In this document: positions 18,259 to 27,140 of the stretch, piece after piece
Layout of the letters: every line of letters begins with the position of its first letter
Numbering within the stretch: the first letter of the stretch is position 1
From: Candidatus Nomurabacteria bacterium
GTDB taxonomy: Bacteria; Patescibacteriota; Minisyncoccia; Phycocordibacterales; UBA9973
DNA length: 57,057 bases
Reading direction: 5' to 3'
Assembly (NCBI GenBank): GCA_026396065.1
Contig: JAPLXO010000010.1
Span: 1-57,057, forward strand
Program-made: the position numbers and the translations under genes
Notes under the pieces: model-generated
Database searches by the model: none
The model's input: only the letters and a program-made list of their open reading frames with translations
Told to the model about the DNA's origin: nothing

Positions 18259-18319
18259 TATATCTTAATTTTTGCTATAATTAACTAAAGGTCGAAAATT
18301 AAGTAAAACTATTAAATAT

Positions 18320-18625
18320 ATGCTTTTTGTTTACACAACGTGTTCAACTTCAGATGAAGCAGAATCATTAAGTAAACTTATTTTAGAAAATAAAATGGCT
18401 GCTTGCGTAGATTATTGGCCAATAAAGTCTATCTATCATTGGGAAGGAAAATTGAAAGAAGAAAGTGAAATTATGATGATAATTACCACTTTTGAATCAA
18501 AACTTGAAGCAATGAATGATTTGATTTCTAAAAACCACAGCTACTCTGTTCCACTTATTGCTGGTATAGACGTTAGAAGGATAAATCGTGCATATAGAGA
18601 GTGGATGATGCAGGAAGTTGCTTAG
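18320..18625 (+). CDS. cutA: CutA1 divalent-cation tolerance family protein
   Basis: AACVDYWPIKSIYHWEGK...ESEIMMIITT...HSYSVP pattern. 101 aa. Confidence 0.8.
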   Translation: MLFVYTTCSTSDEAESLSKLILENKMAACVDYWPIKSIYHWEGKLKEESEIMMIITTFESKLEAMNDLISKNHSYSVPLIAGIDVRRINRAYREWMMQEVA

Positions 18626-18692
18626 TAATTTTAATATAAAATATATCCCGCATTTATTACGGGAAGTGTTAATTTTTTTAAATATTCAACAA

Positions 18693-20393
18693 ATGGAAAC
18701 AAAAGCTTGCCAAAATTGTAAACGAGACTTCAATATAGAACAAGCAGATTTTAACTTTTATCAAATGATGAAAGTGCCGACGCCGACTTGGTGTCCTGAT
18801 TGCAGAATGGTCCGTCGGCTTTCTTTTAGAAATGAACGCAATTTATTTCGTAGAAAAGATGCGCTCACGAGTGATGATTTATTTTCTGGTTTTCCAGCTG
18901 AGGCTAATGTCAAAACTTATGAAAATAATTACTGGCATGGAGATAAATGGGATCCATTAGATTATGGAGTAGATTATGATTTTTCAAAACCATTTTTTCA
19001 GCAATTTTATGACTTATTGTCTGTTGTGCCTCTACCAGCAAAATCGTCTGCCGGTTTTATGATCAATTCAGACTATTGCAACGAAGCAGGAAGACTTCGC
19101 AATGCGTATTTGTGTTTCGATTCTGACTTTGTTGAAAATTCTGCTTATTTAGTTAAGGCGACAAATATAAAAGAATGTTTTGATTCTCACGAAATCTTAG
19201 AAGACGAATTGTGTTATGAGGATGTAATGGTATACAAATCTTATAAAACTTTCTACTCTTTAGATTGTGAAAGTTGCGTGGACGTTTGGTTTAGTAAAGG
19301 ACTTCGTGGATGCACGAATTGTTTTGGTTGTGTAAATTTGAGAGGGAAGTCTCATTATTTTTTCAACGAACCACTTTCCAAAGAAGAATATGAAAAAAGA
19401 ATTTCCGAATTAGATCTCAGTTCTTATGAATCAATTACAAAAATACGAAATGCAGTTTTAGAATTTTGGCAAAAATTTCCAGTAAAATATTATCACGGAA
19501 TACGAAATCACAATTGCACTGGTGAGAGAATAAGTGACTGTAAAAATGTCCTTGATTCTGTTTCAGTGCAAGATGCTGAAAATATGCGCTATATTCAGAT
19601 CAGTGTCCTAAAAGCAGCCAATTCATATGATTGCGTTCAGCTTTTTATGGGAGTTGAAAATGCTTATGAATGCGTTACTTGCGGAGAAGGCTCTTATAAT
19701 TTGAAATATTGTTTCAATTGTTGGGCAGAATCACGAGATTTAGAATATTGTGCCTACTGTATAGGCTCCTCCGATTGTTTTGGTTGTGTTGGTCTTTCAA
19801 AAAAACAATATTGTGTTTTAAATAAACAGTACACAAAAGAAGAATATTTTTCACTTGTAGAAAAAATAAAAAAACATATAGACGAAATGCTATACATTGA
19901 TTCATTGGGAAGGGAATATAAATATGGAGAATTTTTTCCATCTGAATTTTCTCCGCTTGCATACAATGAAAGTTTTGCTCAAGATTATATTCCTTTAAAT
20001 AAAGAACAGGCCAAAGAAAAAGGTTTTTTGTGGCGCGAACCAAATGCACGCGAATTTCAAACAACAATGCAACACACAGATTTACCAGATTCAATTCGTG
20101 ATGTTTCAGAAGATATTACAAAAGAAGTTATTGCTTGCGAGACATGCAAACGCGCATATAGAATAATATCTTCAGAATTACAATTTTATAAACGCATAGG
20201 TTTGCCGTTGCCACACAAATGTCATAACTGTAGATTTTTAGATCGTTTTAAATTTATAAATCCTCCAAAACTTTGGCACCGCAAGTGTATGAATACAAAA
20301 ATTTCTTGCCCAAACGAATTTGAAACATCATACGCGCCCGAAAGCACTGAGATTGTTTACTGTGAAAGTTGCTATCAAAAAGAAGTATATTAA
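18693..20393 (+). CDS. Cys-rich multi-zinc-ribbon protein, paralog 1 (566 aa)
   Basis: Starts METKACQNCKRDF..FY..KVPTPTWCPDCR. Contains CFGCVNL, CFGCVGL and YKYGEFFP, with a C-terminal CETCKRAYRI..ELQFYKRIGLPLPHKCHNCR and IVYCESCY. The ATG at 18693 lies inside track ORF 18618. Confidence 0.85.
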   Translation: METKACQNCKRDFNIEQADFNFYQMMKVPTPTWCPDCRMVRRLSFRNERNLFRRKDALTSDDLFSGFPAEANVKTYENNYWHGDKWDPLDYGVDYDFSKPFFQQFYDLLSVVPLPAKSSAGFMINSDYCNEAGRLRNAYLCFDSDFVENSAYLVKATNIKECFDSHEILEDELCYEDVMVYKSYKTFYSLDCESCVDVWFSKGLRGCTNCFGCVNLRGKSHYFFNEPLSKEEYEKRISELDLSSYESITKIRNAVLEFWQKFPVKYYHGIRNHNCTGERISDCKNVLDSVSVQDAENMRYIQISVLKAANSYDCVQLFMGVENAYECVTCGEGSYNLKYCFNCWAESRDLEYCAYCIGSSDCFGCVGLSKKQYCVLNKQYTKEEYFSLVEKIKKHIDEMLYIDSLGREYKYGEFFPSEFSPLAYNESFAQDYIPLNKEQAKEKGFLWREPNAREFQTTMQHTDLPDSIRDVSEDITKEVIACETCKRAYRIISSELQFYKRIGLPLPHKCHNCRFLDRFKFINPPKLWHRKCMNTKISCPNEFETSYAPESTEIVYCESCYQKEVY

Positions 20394-20397
20394 AATT

Positions 20398-20436
20398 ATG
20401 GAAACAAAAAACTGCCAAAATTGTCCCGATTTCTAA
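20398..20436 (+). pseudogene. decapitated 5' remnant of a further Cys-rich paralog
   Basis: ATGGAAACAAAAAACTGCCAAAATTGT CCC GAT TTC TAA encodes METKNCQNCPDF*. It has the same 4-nt spacing after the preceding stop as paralog 3. Confidence 0.7.
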
Positions 20437-20738
20437 AATTTAAAAATGTTTTATATTTACATATTAAACTCAATAAAAAATGGTAGATATTATGTAGGTA
20501 GTTGTGAAGATATTAATATTAGATTAACTAGACACAACAAAGGTTTAGTAAAATCTACTAAGTTTTATATACCATGGAAAATAGTATATACTGAAGAATA
20601 TAAAACATTATCAGAGGCACGTAAGAGAGAGTATCAAATCAAAAGTTGGAAGAAACGTTCAGAGATTGAAAAGTTAATAAAACATTTAAATTTTAAAGAA
20701 ATCGAGGATCCACGATTCTAATTTATTAGAATCGGGAC
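20423..20738 (+). mobile_element. putative GIY-YIG cassette with flanking repeats
   Basis: Inverted repeat GTCCCGATTTCTAA (20423-20436) and TTAGAATCGGGAC (20726-20738). Direct repeat TCCCGATTTCTAA (20424-20436) and CCACGATTCTAA (20710-20721). Confidence 0.5.
20446..20721 (+). CDS. stand-alone GIY-YIG nuclease domain protein (91 aa)
   Basis: FYIYIL...GRYYVGSCEDINIRLTRHN...EARKREYQIKSWKK matches GIY, YIG, Arg and Glu motif positions. Confidence 0.8.
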   Translation: MFYIYILNSIKNGRYYVGSCEDINIRLTRHNKGLVKSTKFYIPWKIVYTEEYKTLSEARKREYQIKSWKKRSEIEKLIKHLNFKEIEDPRF

Positions 20739-20747
20739 AAAAAAGAT

Positions 20748-22445
20748 ATGGAACATCAATCAGAAAGTAAAATATGTTTTAATTGTAAAGGTAGCTTTAC
20801 CATCGCACCAGAAGATTTTGGTTTTTATGAAAAGATTGGAGTGCCTACGCCGACTTTATGTTGGCAGTGTAGATATCAACGTAGAATTGCTGGAAGGAAT
20901 GAATGGGTTTTATATTTACGACATTGTTCAAAATGCGACAAAAAAGCAGTTTCAATTTATAATCCAGATTATTTAGGTAGTGTATTTTGCCTTGAATGTT
21001 TTTGGGGTGATGATTGGGATCGGACTGCTGCTGGTGTGGATTTTGATTTTTCTCGTCCATTTTTTGAGCAGTTTGCGGAATTACGAGAGCGGGCACCAAA
21101 ACCTGCAGTTGCGCAGTTTCGTTGCCTAAACAGTCCTTATACAAATCAATCTCAAGATCTAAAGAATTGCTATATGTGTTTTGCTTGCGATGCGAGCGAA
21201 GATTGTATGTATGGTAATTGGTATTTTAGCTGTAAGCAGTCTATTGATTGTAGTATTGTAAATAAGTCTGAATTGCTTTATGAATGCTTGGTCAGTTCTA
21301 CTTGTTTTAAATCTACATATTTAGTTGATTGCAAGAGTTGTATAGACAGTCATTTTTTAAAAAAGTGTCGTGATTGTCAAAATTGTTTTGGTTGTGTGAA
21401 TTTACGAAATAAAAGTTATTGTTGGGAAAATGTACAATTAACAAAAGAAGAATATTTTAAAAAGCTTAGTGAATTTGAGTGGTCAGTGGAAAATATTGAA
21501 AAGACAAGAAGACATCTTAATGAATTGTTTTTGAAATATCCAAACAAAAATTATGAAGGGCGAGACATTGTAAATGCGACAGGGGATTATATTTACCATT
21601 TAAAGAATTGCCAAGTTTGTTTTAGTACGCATAAATCCGAAGATGTCAGCTATTCTCAAGATGCATCTGATATGAAAGGTGGTCGTGACAATACCGAAGC
21701 TGCATACAATGAAATGGATTATGAATCAGAGGGTATAGGATATACCGCAAACAATATTTCAATTTCACGATGTTGGAATATGTATAATTCTATGTATTCT
21801 ATGAATTGTTTTAGTTGTGATAATTGCTTTGGTTGTGTAGGGCTTAATAAACAAAAATATTGCATTTTCAATAAACAATACACACCAGAAGAATATTTAG
21901 TTTTAAAAAATAAAATTATTGAGCATATGAAAAAGACTGGTGAATGGGGAAACTTTTTTCCTATTGAGATATCTTTATTTGCATACAATGAAACAGTTGC
22001 TCAAGAATATTTCCCAATGAATAAAGAAGAGATACTGGCGAAAAGGTGGAAATGGTATGACAGAGGTGACAGAGATTATAAGGTGACTGTGAAATCAAAT
22101 GAACTTCCTAAAACAATCATCGAAACACCAGATTCTATTTTGGAAGAAGTTATTAGCTGTAATTCCCATGAAACTGGAGCAGATAAAACTAGCTACTTTA
22201 ATTGCACTACTGCCTTTCGTGTATCTGCAGATGAATTGAGTTTTTATCGAAGAATGAATTTACCAATTCCACACAAGTGTTTCATGTGTCGTTTTCAAGA
22301 TAGATTACGTCTACGAAATCCTAGAAATCTCTGGCACAGAAAGTGTATGAAAGAGGGATGTGAGAACGAGTTCGAAACATCATATTCACCAGAGAATCCG
22401 GAAATTGTCTATTGTGAGAAATGTTATCAAAATGAGGTATACTAA
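20748..22445 (+). CDS. Cys-rich multi-zinc-ribbon protein, paralog 2 (565 aa)
   Basis: CFNCKGSFTI..EDFGFYEKIGVPTPTLCWQCR, HCSKCD..VFCLECFWGDDWD, CFGCVNL, CFGCVGL, and C-terminal ELSFYRRMNLPIPHKCFMCR with IVYCEKCY. Confidence 0.85.
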   Translation: MEHQSESKICFNCKGSFTIAPEDFGFYEKIGVPTPTLCWQCRYQRRIAGRNEWVLYLRHCSKCDKKAVSIYNPDYLGSVFCLECFWGDDWDRTAAGVDFDFSRPFFEQFAELRERAPKPAVAQFRCLNSPYTNQSQDLKNCYMCFACDASEDCMYGNWYFSCKQSIDCSIVNKSELLYECLVSSTCFKSTYLVDCKSCIDSHFLKKCRDCQNCFGCVNLRNKSYCWENVQLTKEEYFKKLSEFEWSVENIEKTRRHLNELFLKYPNKNYEGRDIVNATGDYIYHLKNCQVCFSTHKSEDVSYSQDASDMKGGRDNTEAAYNEMDYESEGIGYTANNISISRCWNMYNSMYSMNCFSCDNCFGCVGLNKQKYCIFNKQYTPEEYLVLKNKIIEHMKKTGEWGNFFPIEISLFAYNETVAQEYFPMNKEEILAKRWKWYDRGDRDYKVTVKSNELPKTIIETPDSILEEVISCNSHETGADKTSYFNCTTAFRVSADELSFYRRMNLPIPHKCFMCRFQDRLRLRNPRNLWHRKCMKEGCENEFETSYSPENPEIVYCEKCYQNEVY

Positions 22446-22449
22446 TAAT

Positions 22450-24228
22450 ATGGAAACAAAAACATGTCAAAATTGTAAAAGTGATTTCGTGATAGACCAA
22501 GAAGATTTTAATTTCTACGAAAAAATGCAGGTGCCAGCGCCGACTTTTTGTCCTATGTGTCGTGCACAAAGACGATTTGCTTTTAGAAATGAACGTGTTT
22601 TATTTAAAAGAAAATGCGATTTTTCCGGTAAAGAAATTTTTTCAATGTATGCTCCTGATGCGCCAGTAAAAGTATATGAAAAAAATATTTGGCTTTCAGA
22701 TGAATGGGACCCAATGACATATGGAGTCGATATTGATTTTTCAAAACCATTTCTTTCTCAAATTAAAGATTTGATGGGTGTAGTTCCTTTTAAAGATAGA
22801 AATGTCATAAACGGAGTGAATAGTGATTATTCTAATAATGCTACTGATCCAAAAAATTGTTATTTAGTTTTTAATGCTACAAATGCTGAAGATTGCATGT
22901 ATTCAAATGGAGTAAACCACTCTCGTGACTGTGTGGACGTTTCTCATGTTTCAAAAGTCGAATCTTGCTATGAAAGTTTTTGGTTGGCTGATTGCACTAA
23001 AACTTTTTTTTGTTCTCAATGTATTACTTCAAACGAATTGTGGTTTTCTAGAGATTGTCGCGGATGTCAAAATTGTTTCGGTTGTGTGAATTTGAGTAAT
23101 AAAAGTTATTATATTTTTAATCAGTCTTATACTCGTGAAGAATATTTTGCGAAATTAGCAGAGATGAAATTAGATACTCGAAGTGGAATTGAAGAAGCTA
23201 AAAAAGTAGCTTTTGATTTTTGGCAAAAATTTCCAAATAAAAATCACCAAGGAATAAAAAATTTAAATTGTACTGGGTCATATGTAGGGAATTGTAAAAA
23301 TGTAAAAGAATCATTCTTAATTCGCGAATCTGAAAATATAAAATATAGTCAATATTTACAGGAAATTCCAGGTTGCAAAGATTGCTATGATTTTACTGCT
23401 TGGGGCGATAACGCCCAAATGGTTTATGAATGTTCTTTGTGTGGTTCTGGTGTGGATAATCTTAAATTTGGCTTGTATTTACAGGAGCATACTAACGATG
23501 TCGAGTATTCTATTGCTTGCCAAGGGTCATCTAATCTTTTTGGTTGTGTCAGTCTTCGTAAAAAACAATATTGTATTTTAAATAAACAATATACAAAAGA
23601 GGAATACTTTGCTCTCGTCGAGAAAATAAAAAAACATATGATGGATATGCCTTTTATAGATTCAAAAGGTTTGGTTTATAAATATGGTGAATTTTTTCCA
23701 ATAGAATTTTCAAATTTTGCTTATAATGAAACAATTGCAAATGAGTATTTTCCTTTAACTAAAGAAGAAGCTGTTGCAAAGGGTTATACTTGGAGAGATC
23801 CAGAAGATAAAAATTATACTGTGACAATGCAACCAAACGATTTACCTGATTCGATTAATGATGCTACAGATGCTATTACAAAAGAAGTGATTGGTTGTAG
23901 TCACAATGGAGATTGTAATCATCGTTGCACCAAGGCATTTCGGATAACTCAGAATGAATTAAATTTTTATAAAAAAAATAAATTACCACTTCCACAGGTT
24001 TGTCCTTCCTGTAGAACTTTTGAAAGATTAAAATTCCGTCTTGGATTAAAACTTTACGAAAGAAAATGCCAATGCATAGGTACAGCCTTAGAAAATGGTG
24101 AATATATAAATGCAGTAAAACATTTCCATGGAGATGATCCTTGTATAAATGAATTTAAAACAGGTTTTGATCCTGTAAAGTCTGACATAATTTATTGCGA
24201 AAAATGCTACCAAGAAGAGGTTGATTAA
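22450..24228 (+). CDS. Cys-rich multi-zinc-ribbon protein, paralog 3 (592 aa)
   Basis: METKTCQNCKSDF..FYEKMQVPAPTFCPMCR with the same module order. It starts 4 nt after the paralog 2 stop. Confidence 0.85.
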   Translation: METKTCQNCKSDFVIDQEDFNFYEKMQVPAPTFCPMCRAQRRFAFRNERVLFKRKCDFSGKEIFSMYAPDAPVKVYEKNIWLSDEWDPMTYGVDIDFSKPFLSQIKDLMGVVPFKDRNVINGVNSDYSNNATDPKNCYLVFNATNAEDCMYSNGVNHSRDCVDVSHVSKVESCYESFWLADCTKTFFCSQCITSNELWFSRDCRGCQNCFGCVNLSNKSYYIFNQSYTREEYFAKLAEMKLDTRSGIEEAKKVAFDFWQKFPNKNHQGIKNLNCTGSYVGNCKNVKESFLIRESENIKYSQYLQEIPGCKDCYDFTAWGDNAQMVYECSLCGSGVDNLKFGLYLQEHTNDVEYSIACQGSSNLFGCVSLRKKQYCILNKQYTKEEYFALVEKIKKHMMDMPFIDSKGLVYKYGEFFPIEFSNFAYNETIANEYFPLTKEEAVAKGYTWRDPEDKNYTVTMQPNDLPDSINDATDAITKEVIGCSHNGDCNHRCTKAFRITQNELNFYKKNKLPLPQVCPSCRTFERLKFRLGLKLYERKCQCIGTALENGEYINAVKHFHGDDPCINEFKTGFDPVKSDIIYCEKCYQEEVD

Positions 24229-24245
24229 TAAGGTCTCATATAAAT

Positions 24246-24273
24246 TTGACATTATTCTCCAATTTGCTAGTAT
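24246..24273 (+). promoter_or_regulatory. rpsS operon promoter
   Basis: TTGACA (24246-24251), 16 nt spacer, TAGTAT (24268-24273). It is followed by the hairpin AAGCTC/GAGCTT (24280-24296) plus TTT. Confidence 0.6.
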
Positions 24274-24311
24274 GACAGGAAGCTCGTTAGGAGCTTTTTG
24301 TTTACTCATTT

Positions 24312-24656
24312 ATGACAAGATCACTCAAAAAACCAATAAATGTCGATGAAAGACTGCTAAAGAAAATAGCAGGCAAAAATCCTCTTCAAACACCAATGAT
24401 CAAGACTTGGAAACGAGCTTGTATGATCTCACCAGAAATGGTTGGTTTCACTTTTGGTGTATATAATGGCAAGGTTCATGTCGAAGTTTTGGTTTCTGAA
24501 GACATGGTTGGTCACAAATTAGGAGAATTCTCACCGACACGCAAATTCGTCAAACACGGAGGTAAGATGCAAAAAGAACTTGAACAAAAGAAAAAAGAAG
24601 CCGAAATAACACAAGCAAAATCCGCAACAGCAGCCGCTGACGCGAAGAAAAAATAA
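24312..24656 (+). CDS. rpsS: 30S ribosomal protein S19 with a Lys/Ala-rich tail
   Basis: [13 protein letters not shown]. Confidence 0.95.
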   Translation: MTRSLKKPINVDERLLKKIAGKNPLQTPMIKTWKRACMISPEMVGFTFGVYNGKVHVEVLVSEDMVGHKLGEFSPTRKFVKHGGKMQKELEQKKKEAEITQAKSATAAADAKKK

Positions 24657-24658
24657 TT

Positions 24659-25129
24659 ATGAAAGCATTTCTTAAAAACTATAGACAATCCCCACGAAAG
24701 GTACGTTTAGTAGCAAACCTCATCAAGGGCAAGGATGCAATGCAAGCTGTCGCACAGCTTGATTTCTTGGCGAAAAGAGCCGGAGATCCTATAAAGAAGC
24801 TTTTGCTTTCTGCTATTGCTAATGCAAAAAATAATTCTAATCTAGAGGTTGAAAATTTGATGGTCAAAGAACTTTCTGTCGATAAGGGCATAGTAATGAA
24901 GAGAATGATGCCAGCTGCGATGGGAACAGGACACCGTATAAACAAGAGAACAAGTCATATTACATTGGTTTTGGCTGAAAAAGGAAGCGCAAAGACTATT
25001 GGAAGACACAGAATCAATACAAATGTAGTACGAAAGCCAAAAATAGAAACAGTAGAAAAGAAAGAAAAAGTGGTTAAAGAAGTAAAGAAAGTCGTTAAAA
25101 AAGCAGTAAAGAAAGTAGTTAAAAAATAA
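24659..25129 (+). CDS. rplV: 50S ribosomal protein L22 with a Lys-rich tail
   Basis: SPRKVRLVANLIKG. Confidence 0.93.
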   Translation: MKAFLKNYRQSPRKVRLVANLIKGKDAMQAVAQLDFLAKRAGDPIKKLLLSAIANAKNNSNLEVENLMVKELSVDKGIVMKRMMPAAMGTGHRINKRTSHITLVLAEKGSAKTIGRHRINTNVVRKPKIETVEKKEKVVKEVKKVVKKAVKKVVKK

Positions 25130-25135
25130 AATTAT

Positions 25136-25819
25136 ATGTCAAAAATAGTTCACCCATATGCACATAGACTAGTAATACTAAGAGATTGGAAATCTCGCTG
25201 GTTTGCTGATACTAAAAAATACGTTGAATTCCTTACAGGAGACGTGCTTATTCGTGAATTCTTAGAAAAGAAACTTCGTGGTATGTACATTTCAACTATT
25301 GAAATCGAAAGAAATCAAAAGTCTACACGTTTCATCATCAAAACTTCTCGCCCAGGTCTTATTATTGGACGCTCTGGTGAAGGAGCTGTAAAACTAAAAG
25401 AAGAAATCTTAAAGAAAATGGCAAAGTTAAAATTAACTGCTCCACAAGATTTCAAACTTGATATCGTAGAAGTCACAAATCCAGAAGCTGATGCAGCTAT
25501 CGTGGCATATATGGTGGCTGAAGGTTTGGAAAAGAGAATGCCATATCGTCGTGTTATAAAGCAAATCGTTGAAAAATCAATGACTGCTCGTGGGGTAGAA
25601 GGAATCAGAATCGTCCTTGGAGGACGTTTAGGAGGAGCTGAAATTGCTCGTACGGAAGAGCTTAAGAGAGGTAGTATACCACTTCAGACTTTCCGCGCGG
25701 ATATTGATTTCAAGCGTGAAAAGGCGCATTTGCCATATGGAGATGTCGGTATTAAGGTTTGGATTTATCGCGGAGAAATTTTCGCTGATAAAAAGAAAGA
25801 ATTACACCCTGCAAAATAA
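25136..25819 (+). CDS. rpsC: 30S ribosomal protein S3
   Basis: KH-domain GRSGEG..., LGGAEIAR. Confidence 0.96.
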   Translation: MSKIVHPYAHRLVILRDWKSRWFADTKKYVEFLTGDVLIREFLEKKLRGMYISTIEIERNQKSTRFIIKTSRPGLIIGRSGEGAVKLKEEILKKMAKLKLTAPQDFKLDIVEVTNPEADAAIVAYMVAEGLEKRMPYRRVIKQIVEKSMTARGVEGIRIVLGGRLGGAEIARTEELKRGSIPLQTFRADIDFKREKAHLPYGDVGIKVWIYRGEIFADKKKELHPAK

Positions 25820-25834
25820 ATTAATTAAAATATT

Positions 25835-26263
25835 ATGTTATTACCAAAGAAAGTAAAATTTAGAAAGTGGCATACAATGCGCTTAAACCCAAAAGCGATT
25901 ACGCCTGATACTCGTGGCACAAAAGTATGCTTCGGTTCTTTTGGTTTAAAATCTGAAACTCAAGCTCGTGTTAAATCAAATCAAATAGAATCTGCTCGTA
26001 AAGCAATGAGTCGTGAGCTAGGAAAAGCTGGAAAATATTGGATTCGTATTTTCCCAGATCAGCCTTTTACAGCAAAGCCAGCCGAAGTAGGTATGGGAAA
26101 GGGAAAAGGAGATCCACAAGGTTATTTCTTCGAAGTTTTCCCTGGACGTATAATTTTTGAAGTTGATGGAGTTGATGAAAAGGTAGCACGTGAAGCTTTG
26201 AGAAAGGCTGGCGCGAAACTTCCTTTAAAGACAAGAGTTATTTCACGCGTTAACAAACAATAA
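25835..26263 (+). CDS. rplP: 50S ribosomal protein L16
   Basis: MLLPKKVKFRK...GMGKGKG. Confidence 0.96.
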   Translation: MLLPKKVKFRKWHTMRLNPKAITPDTRGTKVCFGSFGLKSETQARVKSNQIESARKAMSRELGKAGKYWIRIFPDQPFTAKPAEVGMGKGKGDPQGYFFEVFPGRIIFEVDGVDEKVAREALRKAGAKLPLKTRVISRVNKQ

Positions 26264-26269
26264 TAATTT

Positions 26270-26467
26270 ATGGCAAAAAAAGAAAAAGAAAATTTAAAAG
26301 GAATGAAATTAGTAGACTTACAAAAGTCTCTTTCAGAATTGCGTGATACACTTCGCACTCTTCGCTTCAAGGCACAAGGTTCAAAATCAAAGAATGTAAA
26401 AGAAGAAGCAACAACAAAGAAACAAATTGCAAGAGTTATGACAGAGATAACAGCCAAGAGTAAATAA
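26270..26467 (+). CDS. rpmC: 50S ribosomal protein L29
   Basis: Position and L..L..ELR..RF pattern. Confidence 0.88.
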   Translation: MAKKEKENLKGMKLVDLQKSLSELRDTLRTLRFKAQGSKSKNVKEEATTKKQIARVMTEITAKSK

Positions 26468-26487
26468 TTTAGGATATTAATAAAGTT

Positions 26488-26748
26488 ATGAAAACAACAA
26501 AAACAAAAAAAGAAATAGTCGAAAAAGGAAAGATACTCAAAGGTGTCGTAGTTTCAGACAAGATGGATAAGACTATTGTCGTCGCTGTATCTCGCTTTAT
26601 CAAACATCCAAAATACGGAAAGTTTTATTCTGTTACAAAGAAATACAAAGCGCATGATGAAGAAAACAAATATAAGACAGGAGACAAGGTAGAAATAATG
26701 GAAACAAGACCAATTTCAAAAGACAAAAAGTTTAAAGTAGTTAAATAA
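26488..26748 (+). CDS. rpsQ: 30S ribosomal protein S17
   Basis: [14 protein letters not shown]...HPKYGK. Confidence 0.94.
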   Translation: MKTTKTKKEIVEKGKILKGVVVSDKMDKTIVVAVSRFIKHPKYGKFYSVTKKYKAHDEENKYKTGDKVEIMETRPISKDKKFKVVK

Positions 26749-26757
26749 GAAAATTTT

Positions 26758-27129
26758 ATGATACAAAACGAAACATTAGTTAAAATAACAGACAATGGCG
26801 GAGGAACAGTTGGAAAAGTGTTCAAGGTTCTTGGCTCTGCGCACAAGCGTTATGCTGAACTCGGTGAACTAGTGATCATCTCTGTAAAAGTCGCTACTCC
26901 TAGAAAGGCTATCAAGAAGAAGGATGTACATCAAGCTGTGGTAGTTCGTACTAGAAATGCTTTTCGCCGAAAAGATGGTTCATATATTCGTTTTGATGAT
27001 AACGCTGTTGTTATTTTAGAAAAAGGTAAAAAGGATCCAAAAGCAGGACGTGTTTTCGGACCAATACCACGTGAGCTCGCAGAGAAAGGTTTCCAGAAAA
27101 TAATTTCTCTCGCTCAAGAAGTCATTTAA
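26758..27129 (+). CDS. rplN: 50S ribosomal protein L14
   Basis: MIQNETLVKITDNGG...RFDDNAVV. Confidence 0.96.
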   Translation: MIQNETLVKITDNGGGTVGKVFKVLGSAHKRYAELGELVIISVKVATPRKAIKKKDVHQAVVVRTRNAFRRKDGSYIRFDDNAVVILEKGKKDPKAGRVFGPIPRELAEKGFQKIISLAQEVI

Positions 27130-27140
27130 ATAAAAAATAT

